From contig OY970355.1 of NCBI GenBank assembly GCA_963718525.1, positions 1,216,001 through 1,280,000 on the forward strand: a stretch of 64,000 bases of DNA. The letters are read 5' to 3'. This document shows positions 28,394 through 37,928 of this stretch, one piece after another. The translations under genes and the position numbers were made by a program. Source of the stretch: Candidatus Dormiibacterota bacterium (GTDB lineage: Bacteria; Chloroflexota; Dormibacteria; Aeolococcales; Aeolococcaceae). Positions within the stretch are counted from its first letter, which is position 1. Each line of letters starts with the position of its first letter. The notes beneath the pieces are model-generated. The model was not told where the DNA came from, ran no database searches, and saw only the letters and a program-made list of their open reading frames with translations.

Positions 28394-29587
28394 GTGAGCG
28401 CGGAGCGAAGCCAGGGGCGTGAGGGGTTCGGATCTGAAGAGATCTTCGCGACTGCAGTGACCTATCTTCCCGGTGGAAATACGAGGTCGACGCTGGCTGT
28501 TTCGCCGCATCCGCCGTATGCGTCTCGCGGGCACGGTTACCTGGTCGTCGACGCCGACGGGCGCGAGGTCATCGATCTCCAAGCAAATATGTCGGCACTG
28601 GTGCATGGTCACGCCCACCCTGCGATCGTCGGCACGATCAAGGCAGCGGTTGAGGACGGTGCGTCATTCGGGTTGCCCACAGCGACGGAGGTCGAGCTGG
28701 CGCGCCACCTTGTCGACCGGATACAGGCCCTTGAGCTCGTTCGGTTCACCAACTCGGGAACGGAAGCTGTGATGACAGTGCTGCGCGTGGCTCGAGCCCA
28801 CACTGGACGCGATTCGATACTGAGGTTCGCCGGCTGCTACCACGGGACGTATGACGCGGTGCTCGCCGACGGCTCTGCGGGCGTGCCCGCAGCAGTGCGG
28901 GACACGGTGATCACCGTCCCTTACGGCGACATTGTTGGATTTGAGAAGGCGATCCGAAAGCATGCGTCGCGTCTTGCCGCGGTGATCATCGATCTCATGC
29001 CGAATCGCTTGGGTTTGAAGCCCGTCTCGATGGAGTTCGCGCGAGCGGTGCGCGCTCTCACTCGCGAACTCGATGTGCTCTTGATCGTCGACGAGGTGAT
29101 CACCTTCCGCTTGGAATATGGCGGTCTCCATGTGAGCTATGACCTGGACCCCGATCTCATAACCCTCGGCAAGGTGATCGGAGGTGGACTTCCGATCGGG
29201 GCCTTTGGAGGGCGGCGCGCGATCATGGAGATGTTCGACCCTCGAATGCTTCATCCCCTCGAGCAGGGCGGAACCTTCACCGCGAACCCGCTCGTCATGC
29301 GGGCCGGTCTCACGACGCTCGAGCTCCTCACGAGGAACGAGATCGATAGGATCAACCGACTTGGTGACATGCTCCGGATGCGTCTCACCGAACTCGGGTA
29401 CGAGGTTAACGGCCGAGGGTCGCTCTCGTGTGTGATGAGCGATGACCCGACCGGGCTGTGGTGGAAGTTGTACCGAGCCGGGATCCTCATCGGACGAAGT
29501 GGAATGATGTGCATGGCCACGGTGATGACCGAGGCGACAGTGGATGAGATTGCTCGGCGCTTCGAAAGCGTTGCCGAGCAGGGCTAG
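28394..29587 (+). CDS. Class III aminotransferase (GSA aminomutase-like)
   Basis: LPGGNTRS, RFTNSGTEA, GCYHG, LIVDEVITFR, PLP Lys TLGKVIGGGLPIGAFGG; start uncertain. Confidence 0.9.
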   Translation: MSAERSQGREGFGSEEIFATAVTYLPGGNTRSTLAVSPHPPYASRGHGYLVVDADGREVIDLQANMSALVHGHAHPAIVGTIKAAVEDGASFGLPTATEVELARHLVDRIQALELVRFTNSGTEAVMTVLRVARAHTGRDSILRFAGCYHGTYDAVLADGSAGVPAAVRDTVITVPYGDIVGFEKAIRKHASRLAAVIIDLMPNRLGLKPVSMEFARAVRALTRELDVLLIVDEVITFRLEYGGLHVSYDLDPDLITLGKVIGGGLPIGAFGGRRAIMEMFDPRMLHPLEQGGTFTANPLVMRAGLTTLELLTRNEIDRINRLGDMLRMRLTELGYEVNGRGSLSCVMSDDPTGLWWKLYRAGILIGRSGMMCMATVMTEATVDEIARRFESVAEQG

Positions 29588-29588
29588 C

Positions 29589-30569
29589 GTGGGTCCTCTG
29601 GTCGCTGTGGCACGGGTGGACACGCCGCCACCGGGCCTCCCTGAACACACGTCTGGCGCCCGTTACCAATTTGCACGCAATGAAGAGGAGCTGCGTGAAG
29701 CCCTCAAGGAAGCCGAGATCATGTTTGCCTGGAACTTTGCAACGGGTTTCGGGGACCCGGCGATCTTCAGGAACACGTTTGCCGACGCGACCAACCTGCG
29801 CTGGATCCACACCGCGGGGGTCGGCGTCGAACGGTTGCTCTTCCCAGAGCTCGTCGCCAGCTCGGTGATTGTCACGAATAGCGGTGGCGTGTACGAGCAG
29901 AGCATGGCCGAATACGCCGTGATGCTGATGCTGCAGATGGCCAAGGATGCCGTTCGCACCTGGGAAGACCAGCGGGAGCACCGATGGAACTTCAGGCGGG
30001 TCGATACGCTCGAAGGGCGCGTGCTCCTGGTCGTCGGCGCCGGCCCGATCGGCCGGTCGATTGCTCGCCTGGCCCAAGCCCTCAGGATGGAGGTGATTGG
30101 GGTGGCGCGGACCCGACGTGACCACGACCCCGACTTCGGAGTTGTCCATCCATCCAGTGACCTGCTCGATATTGTCGGCATGGCAGACTACGTCCTGCTA
30201 GTAGCGCCGCTGGTCGCGGCAACCACGGGGCTCATCGACCGGAATGTGTTCAACCGGATGAAACGAACGGCGCGGCTCATCAACTTGGGTCGCGGCCCTT
30301 TGATCGATGAAGACGCATTCCTGGAGGCCATGCGCGAGGGACGGATTGCGGGCGCAGCCCTGGATGTCTACTGGGACGAGCCGCTACCGGCGGGGCACCC
30401 CGTTTGGGACTTGTCCAACGTTATCGTGTCTCCGCACATGGCCGGTGATGTGACTGACACACATGAACGGTTCGTTGACGGTTTCATGAAGAATCTGGAG
30501 CGGTGGATGACCGGCTCCTCGCTCCTGCACGTCATCGACAAGTCGCTCGGTTACGTTTCATCGGCTTGA
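29589..30569 (+). CDS. D-2-hydroxyacid dehydrogenase; paralog of 23110-24222
   Basis: AGVGVERLLFPEL, GVYEQSMAEYAVMLML, VVGAGPIG, INLGRG, SPHMAG. Confidence 0.9.
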   Translation: MGPLVAVARVDTPPPGLPEHTSGARYQFARNEEELREALKEAEIMFAWNFATGFGDPAIFRNTFADATNLRWIHTAGVGVERLLFPELVASSVIVTNSGGVYEQSMAEYAVMLMLQMAKDAVRTWEDQREHRWNFRRVDTLEGRVLLVVGAGPIGRSIARLAQALRMEVIGVARTRRDHDPDFGVVHPSSDLLDIVGMADYVLLVAPLVAATTGLIDRNVFNRMKRTARLINLGRGPLIDEDAFLEAMREGRIAGAALDVYWDEPLPAGHPVWDLSNVIVSPHMAGDVTDTHERFVDGFMKNLERWMTGSSLLHVIDKSLGYVSSA

Positions 30570-30741
30570 GCCATGTCAGGTCGACTCGATGAACAGCGCA
30601 ATCCATCGAGCGAGGCTAATCCGTTATGGCGCCGTGGTATTCTTATGGAGCTTGCGGGTCTGATTGTCCGCGGGAGTTTGCAGCCGCACTGATACGCCAA
30701 GACCGATACCCGCTGGGTCTTGCAATCACCGAGGAACAGCA

Positions 30742-31680
30742 TTGAGATTTGTTCGCTACATGTCCGAGGTGGGTCCGAGCTTCGGCGTTCTCGACGACGG
30801 CGAGGCGGTCACACCGCTTTACTCTCTCTTCGAGGAGGCGCTTGCGAGCAGGCCGGCGCTCGGCATCTCGCGAGAGTTCATCCAGTTGGCGCTCGATGAT
30901 GCAAGGGTTTTCCTTGCGTCGCTCGACATCATCCGCGCTGCCATCGACGAGGCGCGTGACGTGGTGGACAGCGTTCCTGTCGAGGCCGACAAGCTCAGTG
31001 ACCTGTCCGTGCTGCCGTTCGTGGATGCTCCCGAGAAGGTCCTCGGGGTCAGTTACAACTACCGCACATTCAAGAAGCAGGAGGGGATCGAAGACACCCC
31101 GATCCCACAGGTCTTTCCGAAAACGCCGAGCAGCATCCTCGGGGCACGCGTGCCTGTTCGCGTGCCGTCCGCCATCACCCATGTGGACTTTGAGGCTGAA
31201 GTAGGGGTGATCATCGGGAGCACGGCGCGTCGGGTCGGTTTGGACCAGGCTGCCAGGTGCATCGCAGGTTACACCGCCCTGAACGAGATGACAGCCAAGA
31301 TCCTTCCGCGACCCAAGATGGACCTTGAGACCATTCAGCTGAGGCTCAAGGGTATTGACAACTTCTGTCCGATGGGTCCCGTGGTCGTAACGGCGGACGA
31401 ATGGGAGGCCATGGGCACAGACATCCATGTCAATTGCAAGGTCAACGACGAAGTACGCCAGCACTATCCCGCGTATGACTGGGTCCATTCGCCAGCCGAG
31501 GTGATCGCATTCCTCTCGGGATTCATGACCCTGCGCCCAGGTGACGTGCTGAGCATGGGCACGTCGTCCGGGGTGGGAATTGCAGACATTCCTCCGCGGC
31601 TCCTGAACGATCGCGACGTGGTCGAGGTGTGGATTGACGGTATCCCAGGAACCAATAACGTCGTCCGGTTCAACCCATGA
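30742..31680 (+). CDS. Fumarylacetoacetate hydrolase family protein
   Basis: KVLGVSYNY, DFEAEVG, LNEMTAK, KGIDNF, PGDVLSMGT; TTG start after GAGGA. Confidence 0.88.
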   Translation: MRFVRYMSEVGPSFGVLDDGEAVTPLYSLFEEALASRPALGISREFIQLALDDARVFLASLDIIRAAIDEARDVVDSVPVEADKLSDLSVLPFVDAPEKVLGVSYNYRTFKKQEGIEDTPIPQVFPKTPSSILGARVPVRVPSAITHVDFEAEVGVIIGSTARRVGLDQAARCIAGYTALNEMTAKILPRPKMDLETIQLRLKGIDNFCPMGPVVVTADEWEAMGTDIHVNCKVNDEVRQHYPAYDWVHSPAEVIAFLSGFMTLRPGDVLSMGTSSGVGIADIPPRLLNDRDVVEVWIDGIPGTNNVVRFNP

Positions 31681-32423
31681 CAGACCCCTCGCAAGCGGAT
31701 CGGAAGTCACCGCCCGTCGGCGTTCTCTTGCTCGAGAGCACGTACATGGACCTGCCCGGTGGCATGGGACGTGCTGACAGCTTCGACTTTCCTGTGGTGC
31801 AGCAACTCGTCCCTGGTGCCCAAACCGAAGTCATCGCGAGCTCTCGGTTCGCCGGACTTGAGGATGGGTATGTGGCCGCGGCTCGGACGCTACGGGACGC
31901 GGGCGTGAGCATGATCACGGCGAATTGCGGGTTCAGCGTGGCATTTCAGGATTCGGTGGCCAGCGCCGTCGAGCTTCCCACGATGCTGTCCAGTCTGATG
32001 CTCGCGCCGCTCTTGAGCCGCGTCTTCAATGGAGAGATTGCGGTACTGACGTTCAGCACCGCCGACATCGATGAGGCTCGGCGTGCGGCGGCCGGCTGGC
32101 CGGCTGACCTGACACCTGCCATCGCCGATGTCTCCGGCAGCGCGGCATGGATGGCTATGCGCTCGCGAACCCGCCCTGAGTTGGACTACAACAGAATGGA
32201 GGACGACCTGCGCGACGTCGCCTTGACGCTGTGCCGGGAGCATAAGCCGAAAGCCATTCTCGTCGAATGCACAGCAATGCTCCCGTTCGAATCAGCGCTG
32301 CACATGTGGACCAACCTGCCGGTGTTCGGAATCACGACGTTTGTCCATTACCTGGTCGAGCGAATCAACGGGGTTCGTAGCGCGGACGAAATCGCCGCGG
32401 CTGTTGGAGCAACCCGAGGCTAG
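31677..32423 (+). CDS. Asp/Glu/hydantoin racemase family protein
   Basis: Two catalytic-Cys motifs, TANCGF and LVECTAM; PGGMG...SFDFPV. Confidence 0.8.
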   Translation: MTDPSQADRKSPPVGVLLLESTYMDLPGGMGRADSFDFPVVQQLVPGAQTEVIASSRFAGLEDGYVAAARTLRDAGVSMITANCGFSVAFQDSVASAVELPTMLSSLMLAPLLSRVFNGEIAVLTFSTADIDEARRAAAGWPADLTPAIADVSGSAAWMAMRSRTRPELDYNRMEDDLRDVALTLCREHKPKAILVECTAMLPFESALHMWTNLPVFGITTFVHYLVERINGVRSADEIAAAVGATRG

Positions 32424-32429
32424 TCGGCC

Positions 32430-32846
32430 TCAGTCGACCGCGATCGCGTCAAGCTCGAACAGCAGATCCGGCGGTCGAAGTCGATCCACCACGAGCAGCG
32501 TTGTGGGCGGGTACTGGTCGTCGGGGTAGATCTCCCGGTAGATCTCTTGACGCGCAAGAGTGAACGCCGGGATGTCATCCGCGTTCACCAAGTACGCCGT
32601 GAACTTGACGACATTCTTGAAGGTCATCCCGCAATCGGCAAGGACTGCCTTCATATTCTTGAACACCTGGCGAATCTGGGCGTCGGCGTCGCCTTTACCT
32701 ACGAAGACGCCGTCCGCGTCCGTTGCGCCCTGACCGGCGGTGAACACCATCCGCTGCGGATTTGTGACTTCGGCGCCGTTGCTCCAATGATAGGAGGGCT
32801 TCGGCAAAGTCCTCGGGTTGAACATTCTGATGTTCGCGCTCGGCAT
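32430..32846 (-). CDS. Rid (YjgF/RidA) family protein
   Basis: MVFTAGQ, AQIRQVFKN, VVKFTAYL, YPPTTLLVVDRL, FELDAIAV. Confidence 0.9.
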   Translation of the reverse strand: MPSANIRMFNPRTLPKPSYHWSNGAEVTNPQRMVFTAGQGATDADGVFVGKGDADAQIRQVFKNMKAVLADCGMTFKNVVKFTAYLVNADDIPAFTLARQEIYREIYPDDQYPPTTLLVVDRLRPPDLLFELDAIAVD

Positions 32847-32858
32847 ATTCGTCTCCCT

Positions 32859-33653
32859 TTATGGTCTCTCGCTTGCCGGCTCGGTCTCGTCCACGACACT
32901 TGCGACCACCTGACCAAGAAACATCTCTCGAAGGCCAGGACGCGTTGCCAGATCGCGTGCTCGTCCTGAGAGCTGCACTTTCCCAGCGACAAGCAAATAG
33001 CCCCAATCAGAGATCTCCAGAGCCTCCAACGCCTTCTGCTCAACCAGCAGCACCGCCACGCCTGACTCCGCGAGCCTTGGCACCTGCTCTCGGAGAACCA
33101 TTCGAGCAAGTTTCGGTGAGAGATTGGCGGTGGGTTCATCAAGGACAAGCAGGCTCGGGTCCGGCATGAGCACGCGTCCGACGGCGAGCATCTTTCTCTC
33201 CCCTCCACTCAACGTTCCAGCGCGCTTGGAGAGATGGGCGGCAAGATCCGGGAAGATCGAGAGCACCTTTTCCACCGCGGCTGGAATGCGCGAACTCGAA
33301 AGTGAGTAGCCACCCATCTCCAGATTCTCGCGAACGGTGAGCGTCTCGAAGATGTCCCGCGTTTGAGGAACGTAGCCGATCCCGAGCCGGCTCAACTCGT
33401 GAGCGCGCATGCGGGTGATCGGTGTACCCCCGAGCTCAATTGACCCGGCCATAACTTTGACCCGGCCCATCACTGCGCCGAGCATCGTCGACTTGCCGGC
33501 TCCGTTTGGGCCGATGACGGTGACGATCTCCTTGCCCCCGACGGTCAGATCGACATCCGAAATCACCGCGGACCCACCGTAGCCCGCGGTCAATCCGTGG
33601 ATCACGAGCAGCTGCTCGGGTCGACCGTTTGATTCAGCCGATGAGGTAGGCAT
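32859..33653 (-). CDS. Branched-chain amino acid-type ABC ATPase (LivF-like)
   Basis: GPNGAGKS, LSGGERKML, LDEPTANL, LVEQ. Confidence 0.92.
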   Translation of the reverse strand: MPTSSAESNGRPEQLLVIHGLTAGYGGSAVISDVDLTVGGKEIVTVIGPNGAGKSTMLGAVMGRVKVMAGSIELGGTPITRMRAHELSRLGIGYVPQTRDIFETLTVRENLEMGGYSLSSSRIPAAVEKVLSIFPDLAAHLSKRAGTLSGGERKMLAVGRVLMPDPSLLVLDEPTANLSPKLARMVLREQVPRLAESGVAVLLVEQKALEALEISDWGYLLVAGKVQLSGRARDLATRPGLREMFLGQVVASVVDETEPASERP

Positions 33654-34413
33654 CGAGCACCTCTTGGTTCCGTCGCAACTCCACCATGGTGCCCTGCGCC
33701 AGCACGCGCCCCTGCGCCATCACGATGGTCTGATCACACAAGCGCTCGACGACGCCCAATTCGTGCTCGATCATGAGGATCGTCAAGCCCTCGGCACGCA
33801 ACTCCAGCAAGTGATGCTCCAGCCGTCGGCTCAGCGAAGGGTTGACGCCCGCCATCGGCTCGTCGAGCAGCAACAGGGCGGGTTCCGCCATCAGTCCGCG
33901 AGCTATCTGGAGGAGACGCTTCTGACCGCCGCTCAGGTTACCGGCGTACTCGTCCTCCTTGTCGGCGAGCTCGAATCGCGCGAGCAACTCTCGAGCTCGT
34001 ACGAGAAGGCGAGCCTCCTGCGCCTTCCATGTCCACTTGCCGAGCACCACTCTCGCGAGGGAATCGCCTCGTTGGTTGGGCGCCGTGACGAGCAGGTTCT
34101 CCAGCACCGTGAGGCGCGGAAACTCCCCGGATATCTGGAATGTGCGGACCAGGCCCTGACGGGCGCGTTGATGCGGAGGAGTCGCGGTGATGTCGGTTCC
34201 ACGAAAAATGACGGAGCCCGAGGTCGGCTTGAGTGCACCCGCAACCAGCGCCAGCGCCGTCGATTTGCCCGCACCGTTAGGCCCGATCAGCCCGGTGATG
34301 GCTCCTGCCTCGACCCCGAACGTGGCTCCATCCACTGCGTGAAGGCCGCCGAAATCCTTGTGCAGATCGACAACCGAGAGCATCGGCTGCGGCACGAGTT
34401 GCGCTTGAGCCAT
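33634..34413 (-). CDS. Branched-chain amino acid-type ABC ATPase (LivG-like)
   Basis: FGGLHAVDG, GPNGAGKS, LSGGQKRLL, LDEPMAG, IEH, ends AYLIG. Confidence 0.92.
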   Translation of the reverse strand: MAQAQLVPQPMLSVVDLHKDFGGLHAVDGATFGVEAGAITGLIGPNGAGKSTALALVAGALKPTSGSVIFRGTDITATPPHQRARQGLVRTFQISGEFPRLTVLENLLVTAPNQRGDSLARVVLGKWTWKAQEARLLVRARELLARFELADKEDEYAGNLSGGQKRLLQIARGLMAEPALLLLDEPMAGVNPSLSRRLEHHLLELRAEGLTILMIEHELGVVERLCDQTIVMAQGRVLAQGTMVELRRNQEVLDAYLIG

Positions 34414-34418
34414 CCGGG

Positions 34419-35435
34419 TCAGCCGCTGGGCAGGACGGGTTCGGACTGTGGCGTTTGCGCTCCATCCCCGGCCGGACGTGGTTTCGCGTAGCGGCGACGT
34501 CGCTCGGGGAAGATGCCGGCCGGTCGCACCCAGAGGAACACCGCTATCAGGAGACCGATCACTATCCATTGCACCGACTCGATCAGGCCTGGACGCCCGA
34601 AGGCTGGGATGTATTGGCTCGCCTCGATGAATGCCACTGGAACCAGAGCCGCACCGACGATCGCTCCGAGGTTGTTCCCAGCACCTCCTACGATGACCGC
34701 CGCGAAGTACACGAAGGTCTCGGCGGGCAACCATGACGAGGGAGACCACGCGGTGATGAATTCAACCAGGAGCGCGCCGCTGACGGCGGCGATCGCGCCA
34801 CCAAGCACATACGCCGTGAGCTTGAGTCGAATCACGTTCTTCCCAACTGAGGCTGCAACGGCTTCGCTCTCGCGCACGCTTCGAAGCGTCCGTCCCAGGG
34901 GCGAGCTTGTGATCCTGTGAACGATCAACCACGTCAGCAGGAAGAACACCATGGTGATGGCGACATAGACCCAGGCGTAACTGATGGGGTCGAGGTTGAG
35001 CACATCAGAGAGAGGATGGGGTACCAGGCTCAAGCCGCTGGCGCCGTTGAACAGCCCGACCTGATTCGTGGCGATCGTCGCACCGATGAGGGACACCGCC
35101 AACAGCACGATCGCCTGGTAGTCGGTCCGAAGCCGCCGTAACCCGACCAGTCCAACCAGGAGCGACAGCAGGGCGCCCACGATCGCGGCAGCCAGGATGG
35201 GAAGGGGGAAGGGAAGTGAGGCCCCCCCGATGTACTCCTGGTACCCGCCGTTGGCGGATGACGGCCCCAACGTCAGCACGGCGGCCGTGTACGCACCCGC
35301 AGCTTGAAACAGAATGAATCCGAAGTTGACCAATCCGGTGACCCCGAATTGAAGATTCAGCGCCAAGCACGCCATGGCATCCACGCCGAGGTAGATCAGC
35401 AGGATGGTCACGTAGAACTGAACAGCCGAGCTCAC
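34419..35435 (-). CDS. Branched-chain amino acid-type ABC permease (LivM-like)
   Basis: LNLQFGVTGLVNFG, RLRTDYQAI, SPLGRTLRSVRE, RPAGIFPE. Confidence 0.92.
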   Translation of the reverse strand: MSSAVQFYVTILLIYLGVDAMACLALNLQFGVTGLVNFGFILFQAAGAYTAAVLTLGPSSANGGYQEYIGGASLPFPLPILAAAIVGALLSLLVGLVGLRRLRTDYQAIVLLAVSLIGATIATNQVGLFNGASGLSLVPHPLSDVLNLDPISYAWVYVAITMVFFLLTWLIVHRITSSPLGRTLRSVRESEAVAASVGKNVIRLKLTAYVLGGAIAAVSGALLVEFITAWSPSSWLPAETFVYFAAVIVGGAGNNLGAIVGAALVPVAFIEASQYIPAFGRPGLIESVQWIVIGLLIAVFLWVRPAGIFPERRRRYAKPRPAGDGAQTPQSEPVLPSG

Positions 35436-36319
35436 GCCGCCAACTCCTTCTGAGTTGCGACTTCGGACAAGATGCCCTGAGGCCGGAACAGCAGGACCAG
35501 AACCAGGATTACGAACGCGACCACCGTCTTGTACCCGGGACTGATCACAGCCCCCGCGACCTCACTGGCAATTCCGATGACTAGAGCGCCGAGCATCGCG
35601 CCACGAGCTTGGCCGATCCCGCCGAGGATCGCCACCGCCAGGATTGGGATCAAAAAACCGTTCCCGGTTGTCACGTCGAAGCCGGTGACGTTCATCACGA
35701 GCACCACCCCCGCCAGACCGCAGAGCGCCCCCGACACCAACCAGACGAGGTCGATGACCCGATCGGTGTTGATGCCGCAGTCGCGGGCGAGATCGGGATC
35801 GTTGGCCGTCGCGCGCATTGCCTTGCCGAGCTTTGTATATGTGAGGAGAAGATGGACTGCGAGCATCGCGACGACGGCGATCACGATGATCGCTATCTGG
35901 ATTGCCGTGAAGATGAACGGACCGATCTTGAACGAGGACCCAGATGAGCTCTGGAGGTTGTAGAAGTCAGAACCATAAATCGCCATGAGCCCGAACTGAA
36001 TGATGATGCTCACCGCGATGGTGAGGATCACCATGCCGAAAAGCTTCGTACCTCTCCGGACGTACGGGACATACACGAAGCGGTTGAGAGCGAAGGACGC
36101 CACCGCCCCGAATACGGTTCCCGCGATCAGGGCTACCCAGATGCTGAGGCCCGCGTGCGTGACCATGTAGGCGATGAACGCGGCCGCTGTCATCGTGTCC
36201 GCGTAAGCCAGATTCAGCACGTTGGTCGCGCCGAACTGCAGCGTGAACCCGACCGCGGCGATCGCGAGAATCGAGGCCGTGATCAGCCCAAAGCCGATTG
36301 CCGGAAGGACGATGCTCAT
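35432..36319 (-). CDS. Branched-chain amino acid-type ABC permease (LivH-like)
   Basis: AVGFTLQFG..NVLNLA, TKLGKAMRATA, AILGGIG, FRPQGI. Confidence 0.92.
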   Translation of the reverse strand: MSIVLPAIGFGLITASILAIAAVGFTLQFGATNVLNLAYADTMTAAAFIAYMVTHAGLSIWVALIAGTVFGAVASFALNRFVYVPYVRRGTKLFGMVILTIAVSIIIQFGLMAIYGSDFYNLQSSSGSSFKIGPFIFTAIQIAIIVIAVVAMLAVHLLLTYTKLGKAMRATANDPDLARDCGINTDRVIDLVWLVSGALCGLAGVVLVMNVTGFDVTTGNGFLIPILAVAILGGIGQARGAMLGALVIGIASEVAGAVISPGYKTVVAFVILVLVLLFRPQGILSEVATQKELAA

Positions 36320-36390
36320 CCTTCAGCTACTCGACAACCGGTCTGTCCATCGCAACTGCCGGGGCGGATTCCTCTTGCAACCCGGCAGGC

Positions 36391-37725
36391 TCAGGTCGGA
36401 AGTGCGGCGATCTGCGACGAGGTGATCATGCCGGTCACCAGTCGATTACCCGCGACGTCATACGTTGCGATTGCAAAGGTGCCGGCAGAGTCGTGGTATT
36501 TGTTGAATGTGATCGGCCCGACAGTGCCCACGTACTGAATCTGATGGCCCGCCTTCAACGCCGTAACTCCGTCCGCGTAGGACGAAACGACAACCTTGCC
36601 GGCGCCGGGGTTGACGACGGCATTGATGAAGTTGTTGTAGTTCGTCGTGCTGTTCGCGGCCACCATTGCGAGAGCCATGATGTTGACGCTGTCAAACACG
36701 TTGGCTGGGAATGGGTCCGAGGAGTACGAGGCAATGTTGCTGGCCGACAGGCCGGGTACCTGCTTCAGCGAATTGGCGAACAGCTTGAATGGCGTTGAAG
36801 TTGGATCGACGAAGTTCTGGATACCGCTGAAGTTGGGCGCCAGGACGGCGGCTCCGACGGCGTTCGAGATAGCCTGTCGATAGGTTGAGTCGAGGGTGGT
36901 CTCGTCGCCGATGATCGGAATCAACCCTCCGGTCAACTCCTTCCACTCGGCGAAGAATGTGGCGCTCGTCTGCGGGTCTGTCTCCGTGAAGATCACCTGA
37001 GGCTTCGGATTCGCGGCGAGTATCTGTTCGATCTCGGTGCGATACGAAGTCTGATCGAAGGTCAGCTGGACGTCTTTGACGATCGTTCCGCCGAGCGCAG
37101 TGAACGTTGCCTTCACAGGAGTATCAACAGCTTGACCGCCTGGGTCGCCTCCGAAGACGGTCGTCGCATATCGATAGCCCTTCTGGTATGCCAGAAATGC
37201 CATGGCCTTGGCCTGCAGATCGTCCGCTTGGGATAGTCTCCAGAAGTACGGGTAGGTCGAATGATCGAACTGAACCTGGCCGGTGTCTCCGAACATCGGG
37301 ATGTGCGACTGATTGAAGACGGGGACGGTGGCCAGTGCCTCATCAGAGCTCGGTCCAACCACACCATCCAGGTGGCTGGTGGTGGCGATGGCGCGATTGG
37401 CCGCCACCACCGCGTCCGCAGGATCGCCATGCGTGTCAACGGAAACGCAGCTGACTTTCCCCCCGAGAATTCCCCCCGCTTGATTGATCACCTGCACGGC
37501 GGCGTCGCACCCGCTGATCATCAGTGCTCCGAAGACTGCATCGGCGCCGGTGAATGGGTTGAAAGCGGCAAACGTTACGGGGACTTTCGTCGTTGCCGAG
37601 GATCCGGAGCCGGACCCGCACGCCGCAACGACCATTGCCGGCAGTGCAGCCAGCGCGAGCACCCGAAGCCGTGATGGGATTGCCCGCTGTCGGGGTTGGA
37701 ATCTATCGGCCGTCATGTGTCGCAC
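36391..37725 (-). CDS. ABC substrate-binding lipoprotein (Liv/PBP1 type)
   Basis: Lipobox VVAAC-G; PFTGADA, INQAGGILG, PYFWRL. Confidence 0.88.
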   Translation of the reverse strand: MRHMTADRFQPRQRAIPSRLRVLALAALPAMVVAACGSGSGSSATTKVPVTFAAFNPFTGADAVFGALMISGCDAAVQVINQAGGILGGKVSCVSVDTHGDPADAVVAANRAIATTSHLDGVVGPSSDEALATVPVFNQSHIPMFGDTGQVQFDHSTYPYFWRLSQADDLQAKAMAFLAYQKGYRYATTVFGGDPGGQAVDTPVKATFTALGGTIVKDVQLTFDQTSYRTEIEQILAANPKPQVIFTETDPQTSATFFAEWKELTGGLIPIIGDETTLDSTYRQAISNAVGAAVLAPNFSGIQNFVDPTSTPFKLFANSLKQVPGLSASNIASYSSDPFPANVFDSVNIMALAMVAANSTTNYNNFINAVVNPGAGKVVVSSYADGVTALKAGHQIQYVGTVGPITFNKYHDSAGTFAIATYDVAGNRLVTGMITSSQIAALPT

Positions 37726-37801
37726 CTCGTCACCGTCTGAATCTCAACCCACTGAGACACTTCGCAGCCTTGACGCACGCCTTTCCGCATCAGGCGACCG
37801 A

Positions 37802-37838
37802 AGTCTATCGACCCATCTGGTCAACTGTCAACCGGTTC
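37802..37838 (-). promoter_or_regulatory. Promoter/operator (site 3) of the ABC importer operon
   Basis: Minus strand AACCGG-TTGACA-GTTGACCAGATGGGTCGA-TAGACT (N18); near-identical core to site 2. Confidence 0.7.
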
Positions 37839-37928
37839 TGGAGCCGCGAAGACGTTGACGGGTGACCTCGTCGTCGCCAGACAACTGAATACGACAACGA
37901 TCGTGGGCTCGTGGTCGTGCGCCAGGGG

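Noticed and set aside
28394-29587. hemL (true GSA aminomutase)
   Set aside because: Divergent and shortened, inside the catabolic island, with no hem genes nearby.
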